From the human T2T-CHM13v2.0 reference genome, Homo sapiens, in the NCBI RefSeq assembly GCF_009914755.1, contig NC_060937.1: DNA of 64,000 nucleotides; one strand, 5' to 3'. Under the pieces are notes generated by a model. That model did no database searches. It saw only the letters and a program-made list of their open reading frames with translations, and had not been told where the DNA came from. The stretch's first letter is position 1; each line of letters starts with the position of its first letter. Below are positions 26,621 through 41,858 of this stretch, piece by piece. A program made the position numbers and the translations under genes.

Positions 26621-28071
26621 AAACAGTCTCTATTCTCTTTATTTCAAACAGATAGACGTCTATATGGGAAATTTGTCACAATGTTGCTGGAACTGCTAGG
26701 TCAGCAAAAAAATAAGATGGCGTCAAGATGTGCAAAAGGATTCTGGCCCTGATTCCAGTAGTTGTTGCTTTCATGGCAGAAGTCAGTTTTCCTTCTGGTC
26801 CTCAGTGGGTATGACAGAGTCAGCACAATTTCAGTGACTCTAGGCTGATTTGAGGTGGTGCATGTTAGAAAAAGAATTAAATGCAACATTATCTTCAGCT
26901 GCAGAGTGGGTGATGACTTACATACTCTAGCCCACAGGTATCTCCTTTCTATTTCTCTTGGCCCTGCCTCCTGCAAGAGTTTCTTTCTTTCCCTGCCCTA
27001 TAGATTTTTTCTAATGATTTTGCAACAGACGTGCTGTTTCCATACCCTCGATTGAAACATCTAGACTGCTTTTTGTTTTTATTTTTGCTCTAAACCTGGC
27101 AAAAACAATAATAATTAAAACATCTAGCCATTAATGGTATGTAACTTTAGTTAAGACTTATTAACTATTGACCATATAACCTTGCTGTTTTCCTGCTTTG
27201 CATGTGCACCAGTATGACATGAGAAGCAACTTTTGAGTTAAGCTCTTCTTCAGCTGCCCTACTTGGCTTATCAGGAGATCCATGCCTCAATAATTATTCT
27301 TACAATTTTTGTTTAGTAACTATATAAAAAACCTGGGTCAGATTTAGTTGGAAATATAGATATTCTAAATCTGATGGGAAATTAATATCTCCCAAAAGAA
27401 AAGGCTATGCTTTAAAAGGTTACTTGAATTTGCAATATGTATTCTTCAGTGTTATTAGTTTCTTAGCTTCACAGACATTGTCTTTAACTGAGACTGGTGG
27501 TCAGATTTACAGCCTAATTTAATAGTGATTCGCAAATATTCACACTTTTCAATTTTGTCATCTTTTCTTTCAGCATAATTTTATAATTTAAGACTAAACA
27601 GGATGAAATGAGTATTTAATCTATAATTTGAGTAGCCCAAAACTTGAATTACAATAAGCAATAAACCAAAAATACAGGTTTCCATCTATGAAAGCAAGGG
27701 GAATACACGTGGCATATACACTCAGTAAGAAGAGACTAGAAACTGATACTGTAAGCACAGCTACAACCTTTATTCATGTAAAACAGACTAAGAGGTAAAG
27801 GATCTATTACCCTTCATAATATGCTCTCTCTTTCTCTCTATATATATATTCTTCTCACTAATTTTATTACACATTCCTATCTTTGAGATTCCAACATGTG
27901 ACAAGAAAACAAGATGGAAATATATTCCAGAAGAGCAGATGTTATTGATTTAGAATCATTCATTTGAAAATGTTAAATGTCAAGTTTTTAAAGTTTTTAA
28001 TTAAATCTTATTGCCATTTGATTTTATAAGCATACAAACCAGGTTAGGTCAAAATTCATGTGTCCATGTGT

Positions 28072-28158
28072 CCCGCCACCTTGCCTGGCTAGTTTTTGTA
28101 TTTTTAATAGAGACGGGGTCTCAACATGTTGGCCAGGCTGGTCTCGAACTCTTGATCT
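28072..28158 (-). mobile_element. 87-bp internal Alu fragment (no tail, no TSD)
   Basis: cccgccaccttgcctggctagtttttgtatttttaatagagacgggg...ctcttgatct. Confidence 0.9.
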
Positions 28159-28239
28159 TTTCAGTGTAATTGCTCCTCCAACTCTGCACAGGTCCAACAC
28201 ACATTTTTACGGAAACAGAAAGTACTACAGTTTGGGTGT

Positions 28240-28560
28240 GAGAGATTTCTGGATGACAATTCAATTGGTTTGTCCTTCTTCCTAGTCACAGTGTTGGATT
28301 AAATTCCTCAGCCTCACTTGCTTGTCTGTAAGTGAGGCCATATGATTAGGGAAAATCGTGTGGATGGGAGTATTATCTACCCTTTTGAGTCCTGCTCAGT
28401 TTTTCCTATAGCGTTCCCTTCCACACAGCCAGGAAATAGAAGTATTTTATATCTCTGAATCACCGTTTTCCAAATAGGGAAAATCATTTTGGATTAAATT
28501 AATGAAGAAAATTGTTCTACAATGTTAAGCCATTGAGACATTTATTTTTGTTGGTTATAT
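28240..28560 (+). mobile_element. Old MLT1 (I/J-like) LTR fragment
   Basis: ttcctcagcctcacttgc...gtgaggccatatgattag...tgttaagccattgagacattt. Confidence 0.5.
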
Positions 28561-28719
28561 ATTTTTATTGATATTTTTACTGATTATATTTATTGATATG
28601 TTTGGTAATACCACACTAAATAAAAAGTATCAGACAACTCAAATTTTACCCATTTTTAAAATTAATTTGAAGTGCAAAAGTATAGCAAATGCTTGGGAAT
28701 TTTAAAGTTTACTATTCTT

Positions 28720-29027
28720 TTTTGTTTGTTTGTTTGTATTTTTTTGAGACAGAGTCTGGCTCTGTCACCCAGACTGAAGTGCAGCAGCATGATCTTTGCT
28801 CACTGCAACCTCCGCCTCCTGGGTTCAAATGATTCTTCTGCCTCAGCCTCCCATGTAACTGGGACTACAGGTGCCCGCCACCTTGCCTGGATAGTTTTTG
28901 TATTTTTAATAGAGATGGAGTTTCACCATGTTGGCCAGGCTGGTCTCGAACTCTTGATCTCAGGTGATCTGCCCTCCTTGGCCTCCCAAAGTGCTGGGAT
29001 TACAGGCAAGAGCCACTGTACCCAGCC
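28720..29027 (-). mobile_element. AluSx/Sz
   Basis: Full dimer; 16-bp TSD aaagttta(c/a)tattctt (28704-28719 / 29029-29044). Confidence 0.93.
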
Positions 29028-30875
29028 AAAAGTTTAATATTCTTAGTTTCAAAGTTTTGCAAGTGATTTGAACCTCATGATACAAAGTGACCTGTTATTA
29101 CTTGGTCATGAATTTGTATTATGGACAGTCAAAGAGGCTAAGTAAGTTAAAGCCAATGATTTGGCTGTTTGCTCAGCCCAGCTGTGCAGCCTACATTCTG
29201 CATCTCAGAATTGTTATTTTTGTTCTCAACTGATTTTTCCCTACCCATTAACACTCAAGAAATGACAAAAATCTCATTTTCTACCTTCAACTTATGACCC
29301 GGCAAAGAAAATTTCTAATTCTTTTGATTTTATTTTTTTTTTCTTTTGTTTCTTTTTTAATAAACCTGACATTGTCAACATATCTCTTATTGTTAAAACA
29401 ACTTTCAATTTAAGGAAAACATTTTATCATATTAATAAAATAACTCCAAAGGGACTTTATGCAATCATTATGAATGTAAAAAACTTACTATATATTTCTT
29501 AAAAATTTTACTGTATTTCCTATGTTATGTTTTTGTTCATTTTTTAAAATGTTATGTATATAGGTGTAATGTACCTCATAACATTGACAAGAATTAAATG
29601 ACACTAAAAAGTTATGTTTTAGAGTTTCTCAAAGAGATTATGCTTTAAAATTAATGTTGTACAAATGCTTTGATAAACCAGAATGCACAAAAGTCCTGAA
29701 AACATTATTTATGACAGGGCTATTCACATACATTTTGATTATTCTGTGTAGAAGCTGAAAGGTACAAACAACATATGTGATATAATCTTGTAGCTTCTCA
29801 GAGCAAAACAGCACCTTTGGCCTTAGATTTTGAAGCATAATGCTTATTTGTTATAAGATCTTAAAGTAAACTGAATTTTTTTTATTGAATATATCTTATA
29901 ATTTAATAGTTTGTGTTTTACGCTAAAATATTTCAGCATATGATAACTCTGTTGGGAAATAAAAACTGATCTGACTTCAAATAGAAGGAAGAGACCACTG
30001 GGAACATTTTTTGTAGAGGTCATGCACCATTTATCTATTTGCTTTAACTCAGAAATTTCAAGGTGTATGTTAAACAGATGCTGGAGAACTCAATATTAAA
30101 TAAAGTTCTCAGAAATCAGCTCCCTGTGAAGTGTTAAAAGAGTTTTGATTTTCAATAATGCTTAGCATTTCAGTTTATCTCAGAATGTTAAAAAGGCAAT
30201 GTTGAATCAAACCTACAAAAGAATTTGATTAAACCTGAGATGAGATTCCCAACAGATGAAGCAATGCCCACTAAGGAAAAAGTCATTGTAAGAAGTGCAG
30301 AACAGGTATCATGTATGGGTTACATGAGCAAGAGGCTGCCAGAGCAATCATTTTGACTCCATGATTTGAATTAAACAAAATTATTATGTTAATATGCTGA
30401 TTGTTTAATCAAATCCAATTATTTATTGTTATGTTTTATTATCACAGTCATGTTTTCTTAGACCTGCTCCTGAATTATCAAAGGTACAACTGGTTCCAAA
30501 GGAGAATTGGTAAAGGAAATAAAAATCATATTTGAAGGCTCAAGACAAAGGTGTTATTTTAATTTACTTATTTTTATAGTTCAGATAAAATGAAATAATT
30601 TTTCTAACACAAAATTATCAGGGTCTTTTTAACAGGTGTGATCTCATGAAAAAATGAGCCAAATATTCATACCCACAAATCATGGATGGTCTCCTGAGCA
30701 TGTTTAAACCAACTAAATTTGGTCTAAGAATCTTGCTTATTATTAGAAAAAAGTGCATACACCAGAAATCAATAGAAATTAATTTAAAGAAGGAAAGCTA
30801 TAGCTTATGTAAAGTTATCCTGCTGAAAGAATACTATTCTTTATTTCAAGTGCCATATGAATTTTAGAAACTATG

Positions 30876-31254
30876 TGATATGATCTGACTCAGTGTTCCC
30901 ACCCAAATCTCATCTTGAATTGTAATCCAAATTGTAATTCCCTCTTGTTGAAGGTGGGACCTCATGGGAAGTGATTGTATTATGGGAGCGGTTATCCCCA
31001 TGCTGTTCTTGTGATAGTGAGTGAGTTCTCTCATGATCTGATGGTTTTATAACAGGCTCTTCTCCCTTCGCTCTGCCCTTCTCTCTCCTGCCACCTTGTG
31101 AAGAAGGACATGCTTGCTTCCACTTCTGTCATGACTGTAAGATTCCCGAGACCCCCCCAGTCACATGGAACTGTGAGTCAATTAAACCTCTTTCCTTTAT
31201 AAATTACCCAGTCTCAGGTATTACTTTACAGCCATTTGAAAATGGACTAATATA
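30876..31254 (+). mobile_element. THE1D-like solo LTR
   Basis: tgatatg...ggactaatata; perfect 5-bp TSD ctatg. Confidence 0.9.
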
Positions 31255-32796
31255 CTATGTAAGAAGAGAAAAAATAAGCTATGCATTTCTTTTCCAGAAT
31301 GAGAAATATGTCCAAGTAAAGAAGAAACACAAGATGACTACTCTCCTCTTTATAAAGATATGAGAAAATTATTTTGTAAACATTTTTACAGTAAGTCAAT
31401 TAAGAAAGTCATTTTTAAAATGACATCAGGGAAGTCATTACAAAGCAAAATTATGATATAATGAAGTATCCCATTTCTTTTTCAGAAAATGTAAATATGA
31501 AATATTTTCATTATGTTAAAACAAACATTTCAATAACCCTACTTAGGTTCATAAAGTTTTTATATACAATAATGCATTCAGAAAATTGTAAATACATGCA
31601 TACATGTGTTTTATGTCATGATCTAACTGTATCATTTAGTATATTCCAAGAAGCTTTGTCAATGATAAAAATGTTTGGGAGAATGAACCAAAGAATCAAT
31701 CATGCTGTATTTAATGTGCCATTCTGGAAAATCCACTCATAACCCTTTACAGTAATTCTGATACAATCTATAAACAATGTAGCATAATTTGTTTAAACAA
31801 TAAAGGAGTGGGCCTCTTCTATGGAATGACTATTACTTAGAGTATATGATAGCAAAGCCCTCAAGGGTTAGCAGGAAACATTCTGGTTTTTGTTGTTACT
31901 GTCCAGACAGAATTATTGTTAGTACTTTCTGCCTTATTTTATTAAAGTTGGTTTTAAATATGTCTGAACTTAAGTGTTGAGACCAAATATTAAATAAACG
32001 ATGTCCTCTGATAATTCTAAAACATAGATAAACTGATAATGGGTTTTACAAGGATGTCAGAAAATTTTTTTTCCTAGGACAATCAGAAATTCAGAATGAT
32101 AAATTTCTGGTGTAAGATGGTTGGGAAACAAAGAAACTTAATTTTTTGTCCTTTAAAAACTTTACATTATGAAAAATTTCAAACATATTCAAAGGTAAAA
32201 AAAATAATATGACTTTGATCCCTCTCAACTTAAGCATCAACAAAGGTCAATTTATTTTATTTCCTTGTCCTAGTATTATTTTGTGTCAAATACCAACTTA
32301 AAAAATTATTACCAGTCTATTAACATAGTTCCTTTATATTATAATATATCCAATCAGTTTTCCCATTTTTTGTTTCATAAAAAAATAAAAGTTAAGTTTA
32401 TTCCAACTATGTAATAGCTGCTTTAGTCTCCAGTATGATCACTCCATTAGTATCTCTCTTTAGAAATGAACTTGCTCAAATTTACAAAGCTAGTAAATGG
32501 CTTGGTCAGCATTTTAAACAGTTCAGCTTCAAAGTTTACATACTAACAATAATATAATGAGTGCTTTTTGCATTATTTGTTTTATATTTTGATATAGAAA
32601 TATAATTAAAACATTAAATATTAGTCACTTATAAACCACATTCTTAGTTTCATACAGTTATCTCCAAAAGGAGCCATGAACCTGAGTCTGATTTATACTT
32701 CAAGTCATTTTAACTCAGTTATATATACCTGCATGAATCATCTGTAATGTTGTCTTTGTGTAGGTATATTTTCATTGTCATGAAATATGTGCTCTA

Positions 32797-33142
<346 letters not shown>

Positions 33143-33534
33143 TCATTAATATTATTTTTTATCTAAATCTACTTAGATCTAAGTCATTCTCTTTATTTGG
33201 CAGACAGTATTCCAGCCATTGAGTCTAACTGAATAATTGATTGATTTCTATTTTTCTCTGTCACATAGAATGCTGCAACATTTATCCTTTGACATAGTTC
33301 CTTGCACATATGTGGGAGAGTTACTCATGGCTATGTATCTGTGAAATGGTGTTACAGAAATGCAGTATACACATATCTTTAATTAAGCACTAAAAATTAC
33401 TCTCATAAATGCCTTCACATTTAGATAAGCAGAATTCTGTGATGACCCAAGAGAGTCATGCCTCCTGCTATCCAGGCTTTGTGTTATTTCCCTTTGCTTG
33501 GGTGTGACCACAATCTGAAACTTTCTTCTAACCT

Positions 33535-34024
33535 GCAGAGTAGGCAAATGTGCTAGAATATCACCGCCAAGATATAAGGTCATTTGGCAAGGGTGAAGGT
33601 ATTTTGAAGATGTAATTAGGCACCCAAACGCTTGACTTGAATTTAATCAAAAAGGAAATAATTATATCTGGAACTGAGCTAAACGTTAACTTCTGTAGAT
33701 AATCAGAGATTCTGAAGGGTAGATTGAACCAGCAGAGACTCTCTGTTCATTGCTAGCCTTGAGGAAGCAACTTGCTGTAAATTCTACAGTCACACACACA
33801 CAAAAATATGTTGCCAATAACCTATCCCTAATTATGCAGCCAGTTGAAAATGAAGCCCAGCTACTATCTTGATTTTAGCTGTGTAAGACCCTGAGCAGAA
33901 GACTAAATTGAGTGTTGGTATGCTTGGACTCTAAAACCACTGAACCTGTGAGACAATAAATGTGTGTGGTCTTAAGTCAGTAAATTTGTGAAAACTGACC
34001 AAATAGCAATAGAAAATTCATACA
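33535..34024 (+). mobile_element. MLT1E/D-like LTR
   Basis: ggcaagggtgaaggtattttgaagatgtaattagg...gaacctgtgagacaataaatgtgtgtggtcttaagtc...gcaatagaaaattcataca. Confidence 0.75.
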
Positions 34025-34563
34025 CCAAACTTACATTTCCACTGCAGGGTATAAACTTCCACATTTTCTCATGTTCTTACCAACAGTTGATTTTGTTAGA
34101 TTATTTTAAATGTTTGCCAAGCTTACAAGTCACTAATTACACCTTATTGTTTTAATTAGCATTACCCTGATTATTAAGGAGATTGACAATGTTTTTAAAA
34201 ATATTCATTGGTCATTTGTATTTCCCATTTTGTGAACATTTAAAAATACATGTGACTTTATTCGTTAAATATTTTGTCCTGTTCTTACTGATTTTTTGAA
34301 ATTTTAGTCTGAAAAGACATAACTTGCTATATGTAATTCACATGTCATCCTACAGTTTGTCACTTTGTTCATTTTATTTATTTATTTATTTTGATGTGAA
34401 TGTGTGTGTGCCTGGGTGCATGTCCATATGACGTGCTTGTACTTTTTTTAATCTGATATATATGTGAGTGTTCTTTGTTTTAAGAATGTTTTTCATTTCC
34501 ACATCCCAAAGTCATAAAGATATTGTCATACATACATGTTTGCAAGAGCTTTGAAGGATTTGA

Positions 34564-34921
<358 letters not shown>

Positions 34922-37496
34922 TAATATTATATATTTTAAACTCTCTTTGGATTTATTTTTCTGTATAGCATCTGTTATTCATGTTATATACAATAAAAAC
35001 CTGATATTTCTAATACCTACTTTTAAATTATCTAGATATTTATCTTTGTTTTGGAATATCACCTGGAACTTCTACCAATGTTTCAAGTGTACTTATTTTT
35101 TGTTAGATTTTAACTTTCTCTTAAATGTATACTATACTTTTCATCTTGGAGTTAGTTTTTGTTGTCATCAGTGTTATATAAAATCATAGGAAATGAAACT
35201 AAATAGACCTTACAAGTGAGTATTAGGTAAGAGGATAACACAACTATGTGAAAAAAATAAGATTAGAACTTAAATCTTTTTTTAATAACTAGACGTATTG
35301 TACTGATTTGGTAAGTATAAATTCATCATGTGTCACAAGTGTAACATATTGAGGAGATGAAAAATAAATGCTAATTACCATGAGAGGGCTTGTCATCTTC
35401 TGGATAAGTCAAAAGAAAAAAGCATAGAGGAACCATATGTAATGGAAGCTTGTGCTACAAAATAGTTACTACCTTAGACTTTGGAAAGCACATCAGTTTG
35501 AACCCCTGGTACTAGCATGCTATTAACTAACATCTTTGGTAACTGAACATATATGTAAACATTTTTGGTAAAAAATTATTTGATGTTACATGTATAAACA
35601 AGGTTCTGGTTCACAGAAAAGACTTAAATGCTAACTATTTTATAGCATAGCATTTGTAAAATGCTACAGTAAGATTTTTTAAAAAAAACTTCTGTATTGT
35701 AATTATTTTGGTATCAACTGATGGAAGCATTCTTCCTATTGGGAATTGAGACTTTTATATCAATGGAGCCCAGAATTGCAGACAGGAGGTAAACATTCTT
35801 CAGAAGAACTATAGTTTAATAGTGAGAGATGCTACACGGAATTATACCACGTGATTATTAGTCCAAGAACTATTGTTTTGTCATAAATATTAGAAACATC
35901 TCTTCAACATACAGCACTTCTACTTTATGGTAGGTTATTCTACCATACTGTAAGACCAAATGCTTCTAGGCCATGGGCTGTATGATGAAACCAATATAAT
36001 GCATGGGCATGAGAATACTGCTGCATATCTTTTGTTGTGAAATAATGTTCCTTCAAGAAAAATATTGGATTTGGGTACCATGGTGCTGGATAAGGCATGC
36101 TAGAAGCCTACAGATGATGGTGTTAACAGATTCCTTTAAGAAAGGAAGGGAAATCCATATCCAGAATATGGGCAAATTGCAGTGAGAGTAGATGATTTTC
36201 CTCTTAAGAAAAGGATCCAATGCTATGTTCTGCTATCAGGTGAGTGGCTTTTTCACCTGGAGGAAGGATAATATACCAGGGACTCAGAAATGGTCTCACT
36301 TTTGACAAGTTTGTCCATTAGAAATTGTAGTCTTCACATCAGCCTTAACAAATACATATCTACATTGTTTAACTCAGGCTTAGCCTCCATCCTTGTTGTC
36401 ATAACAACTTTGCACATAGGCAGTTGTGCAAGCAAGATAGTAAAGAGAATGTGTGGAATACATAGAACATATAACCTTGTCTGCCTGATTACTAAGACAT
36501 GGCCCTGCTGTTGATACTCTTCTGTAAACATAAAAACATAATACAAGTATCTTCATCACTGCACCCCTTCTGAGAAGTTCATCCACACATTTCTTTTATG
36601 AACCTCTTAGTCACAAATCTTCCAATTCCATTGTTTCCAAGATTCTGTTCATCTGGTCAAACTTTTAACCACTGTTGCCCTTGTGATTCTGTGCTATTTC
36701 AGTTAAAACAGGAAAACCAGATGTAGTACTCAAAGTTCTACTTTAAGAGATGTTTCCTTTCACCAGTGTGTCAGGAACACTTTCAATTAGAATGTTAATG
36801 CTGCACCAAATGTTTTCATTGATGCCAGCAAATTTATCTGTAACCAGACTTAATTTTTTGTTCTTCTTCTTTAAGCCACTGGTGTTGAGAAACTTCCTAC
36901 AGGTCCATTGCTGTGGAATGAAGCAAAAGAGGTAATGTAGAAAGTTCTGGTGCAGTGGGAGACTGAGCCATATGCCTCTGTAATTTATTTTTATCAGAAA
37001 GACATATACAAGCCTGGTCATTTATATGCTATTTCTACTTGATGATCATTTATATTTGTGCATGACAAATTTTATAACATGTTGAATCAAATGGAAACCA
37101 ATTTATAAACAGAAGTTTACTGATTGTATGATCAATATTTATTTTCTGCCAAATTCCAGTGATAAGACAGAAGTTGTTTCACGAAAGTGGAGAAAAAGAG
37201 TCTGGCCTTTCTCCAACACGATGGACGTTCCTGTAGTGATTCTCCCTTTAAGGCATTATGGTAGATCTATACAGTATTCTGTTTGTCAAGGATACTGAGA
37301 TATTCAGATCTGCTTGGCTATGAAACAAAAATGTCAGAATAGCTTTTATAGTAGCCTAAAATTGCTGCAGGGCCTTCTCTTGCTCCATGCCCAACTTAAA
37401 ACAGCAACTTTGTGGTTAACTCATTAATGAGCCACAGAAACATACATACATAATTTTATTCCCTCTAAAACTTAAAAAAAAAAAGTCCCATTAAAA

Positions 37497-37821
<325 letters not shown>

Positions 37822-38612
37822 TCAAGACCACTGAACATAAATTTTACTAAGATGAATAGCTTTGTTTCCTATTATCTGGGATATATGTAACATACCAATA
37901 CATCTCATAGACTTGCTACTTTTTTTTCTTATTCAGCCCAATCAGCGTCATGTCATGAATTCAATTGACCACTGTGACTGTCTGTGGCTAGCAATTAATT
38001 TTTTGATGAACTTGATCAGTGGTACTCAAAGTATGATCTGTGGTCTGGCACTGATTTAAAAACTGTGTATTTATTGGCCTACAATGAGAGAAGTACACAC
38101 TGAATGAAACTTTGACTTACCTCGTTACAGACTGACATAAGTCCAGACACTAGATGCCAGATAGCACTGGAGGAGATTATGGATAAGAATATGAGAGCTG
38201 GCATAGCCCTGAGGCAAGACCATAAAATTGTCCCGTTGTCCCAGCCAGATGATAGCAAACAACTCAAGGTGTTGCATGTAATTCGGTGTAAGGGAGAAGA
38301 GGCATTTGTCAAATCAATAGCTGTAAACCAAGTGTCAGGTAAAAATTGCTGTAGGTGATATAACATGCCTGGAGAAGCATTTGCTTCTGAGTAAGATTAT
38401 TATAATCCACACATTATTGAAAAGATCCATTGACTTTTGCACAAGAAAAACAGTCAAGTTACATGAGAATGTGAATAAGAATCCTCATCTCTGTATCTTC
38501 CAAGTCTTAATTGTGGCACTAAGTTTTGCATTTCCTCCAAATATGTGCTATTATCATATATTTTCATTATCTTGGTAAGAGTAATTTATAGTATTATTCA
38601 TACTATAATAGC

Positions 38613-38730
38613 TAGGGTGAACATTTAATTTATTATGCATACCCAGATACTTTTCTGAGTGAAAGGGAATGCAGTAATTCTATTTGGACAAGAAGACGTG
38701 AACTGGGTTTGGCAAAAATGTAGAGTAAAT
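38613..38730. mobile_element. MER81 (hAT-Blackjack)
   Basis: tagggtgaacatttaatttattatgcatacccagatacttttctgagtgaaaggg resembles MER81 tagggtgaccatataatttatcgtccaaaccgggacacttttgagagtgaaaggg. Confidence 0.65.
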
Positions 38731-40313
38731 ACAAGTATTTCTCAATCTATAGGTTCAGGAGCTAATGTTTGTTAGGATTCTGAAAGCCATAGATTATGCT
38801 TATTTCAATTATTCATCTAGGAATTTCTGAAATAATTACAGGGTGTCTTTGCAAGCCGCTTATACCATTGTGAGATGAACTTGTACCAAAACTCCATTCA
38901 TCTTCAGGTGACTATAGGCAGAGTATTGTTTTTGATCTTTGGAAAATAGCATTAAATCAAAGTTATATCTATTAAGCCTCAAAAGTTTTGAATAGTACCC
39001 ATTTCTAGCATTCTGTCACCTTTGCAAATGACCTCAGTTCCTTTAGGAATAGCATTGGAGACATAATTATAGCATATATTTGTCAGTGATAAGGGTCTTT
39101 CTATGAGGAAATCTAGCTTTACATTGAATCAAGTGATTACAGAACTTTGAATAAACTAAGGTCCATAGTTTATTGCAAGGTTATTACTCTCCATGTGGCG
39201 ACACAAATAAGATTTATTAAACCTAAAGATATTTTCTAAAATATATGTGAAATAGTAATTTAGTATATTGACCCCATATTTTATTGCCAGTAATCCATCA
39301 TTCATTGATCACTGCAAAGAAGATGTAGATCAAAGCATTTCAATTACTACCTTATTCTTGCTTTGTATAATTGTATTTAAACTTACTTTGTCTCTAATTG
39401 CTGAGTACTAATATCTTGTTTCTGCTGCTCTGGATGTAATCACACTCATGGAAATCACGTTATTCATTTCAGGGATGTCTTTCCCAACATAATTTATGGT
39501 CTACACACTCACCACAGCAGAGTTTATGAGGATAATGTTGCTTGTCTCATTAATGCAGCTTAAGCTTAACTGAAGTGAGTATGCTTTTGACCTGCAAGAG
39601 CATGTATCAAGCAGATGGTTGTGCCAGCAGCACATGAAAAATATACCCAGCATTCCTACTTCCCTAAACCTTTGAGTTTTCTCCTCTCCATTATTCTGGG
39701 ACATTTTTAGTATCTCAACCTAATTGAATCTAAGCTAACACAATTTAAGTTCAAGTTTCAATCAATGTTTTAAACTGTTAAGAGTCATTGCCAACTATGT
39801 AAGCTAGCTTTTAAAATCCAAAATCATTTAAATAGACCCAGATAAATAAAGTCAACTCATTCTAATGATATAGTAAATTATTCTTGGACTAACATTTTGA
39901 GAGTCCATTTATATGGACTGGGTTTCTGCATATATGAATTAAAAAAAAATTATTCAATTATTTGCCACATGCTTTTCTGAAATTTGAGGTTGTTCCCTGT
40001 ACCACACTGGAATTGACACTATCAAATAGAAGATATGGAGGGGAGGTCTTAAAAAATAATTACCCCTTCTTTTTAAAAAACCTTAACTTTAGTACATTTT
40101 GACATATTTTTTATTTATGCATTTTTCTTGTTTCTCTTTTCCTTTCTGCTCTTCACATTGGATATTTCTATTAAAATATCATCAGATTAGTTCCATATTT
40201 TTTTCTGCCAGCTCAAATCTTGTGTTGAGCTCTTTTAGTGATTTTTTCCCTGTTTCTTTTATTGTAATTTAAAAACCATAATTTCTATTTGATGCTTTTA
40301 AAAATCTCTGCCA

Positions 40314-40652
<339 letters not shown>

Positions 40653-41718
40653 CTATACTATACTAGTTGATTATTGTTGTCATATTATAACTTGATTTTC
40701 TAAGCATTTTTTTAGCTCTATGAACATATTTATAGCAGCTATTTTGAATTCTTTGTTTGCTAAGTTTAACATCTTAGACTTACAGAGGCAGTTTTACTGA
40801 TGGCTTTTTATCAGTCTGTATGGGGTCACTTGCCCGTTTCTTTGCCTATCTTGTAATTTTGCTGTTGTTGCTGAAAACTGGACATTTTAGATAGTATGTT
40901 GAAGCAATCCAGAATGATGATGGCACTGAAAGTTGTTGATGGTGCTGTTATTTGTCTGACTGTTAATTTTTCCAGTGGCTGTCATGGACTAATTCAATAG
41001 AGTCTGTCTTTCCTGTAGTGTGTGGCCAGTGATGTAAATGCTTGTCTTTTATTTTTTTTTTTAATTATTGTTTTTACTTTAAAACTTAGCTTCCTAAGGG
41101 TCAATCCTGGAACAGCATAATTTAGTGATTGGCTAATGATTGGTTGGAAGTTGTTCTTAAGCCTGTTGAGCCAGTTAAGACTTCCATTCTTTGTAATGGC
41201 TGTGTCTGTGGTTTGGGGAATACTTTCCAGTTCAGGCACTTTACAGTCTGCCTGTCCTTTTACTTTCTGCTCATGCAACACCCCATGTTCAGTGACTTGG
41301 ATCCCTCTCATATTTCTCCTGAGCTTGTGCGTGCTACTTTACACATGTGCTCAGAATTTTGAAGCAATATAGATTTCTCTCTGGGATCTTGTCAATGTCT
41401 ACTGTGTCTGTCTCATTATCTAGATTTCCTTGTTCTCTTTCTGGCTTGCCTAAATGTATGCTTTAACATTTTTACTTAATGAGTATCAAAACTTCAGACA
41501 TCTGGGATGTTAGTCTTTCCTCATGTTTACACTAGGATCTGTTATTTTTGACAATTCCTATGGGCACGGTGATTTTCTCTTCTTCTCTTAATCAGGCCAG
41601 CCACTTCAACAGCAGAACTGCAGGTACTCATGGCCTGCACAGCTCTGGAATCACTACTCTGCCATGAAACTCAGTGGGAGGAAGGCAGCAGATTTTAGCT
41701 AAACTGTCATAGAATCTC

Positions 41719-41858
41719 ACTGTTCTGATTGAGGTTCAGTAATGTTCCTTAAATTAAAATTAGCAAATTCTTTGTATGCCTTTATTCAACTGTTCTGATT
41801 GAGGTTCAGCAGTGTTCCTTAAATTAATATTAGCAAATTCTTTGTATGACTTTATTCA
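41719..41858 (+). repeat. Tandem duplication, 2 x 70 bp
   Basis: actgttctgattgaggttcag...ctttattca twice, 4 mismatches. Confidence 0.95.

Noticed and set aside
28672-29037. Alu-derived ORFs (also 14853, 22539, 32813, 37516, 40330, 46088, 61734)
   Set aside because: Typical translated-Alu peptides ([17 protein letters not shown]); not genes
38079-38366. RT-like ORF as an active or domesticated reverse transcriptase
   Set aside because: Only a short motif is in frame; the rest is frameshifted and no intact YxDD frame is visible
41719-41858. Direct repeat as a CRISPR-like array
   Set aside because: Only two abutting copies, no spacers, eukaryotic L1 context
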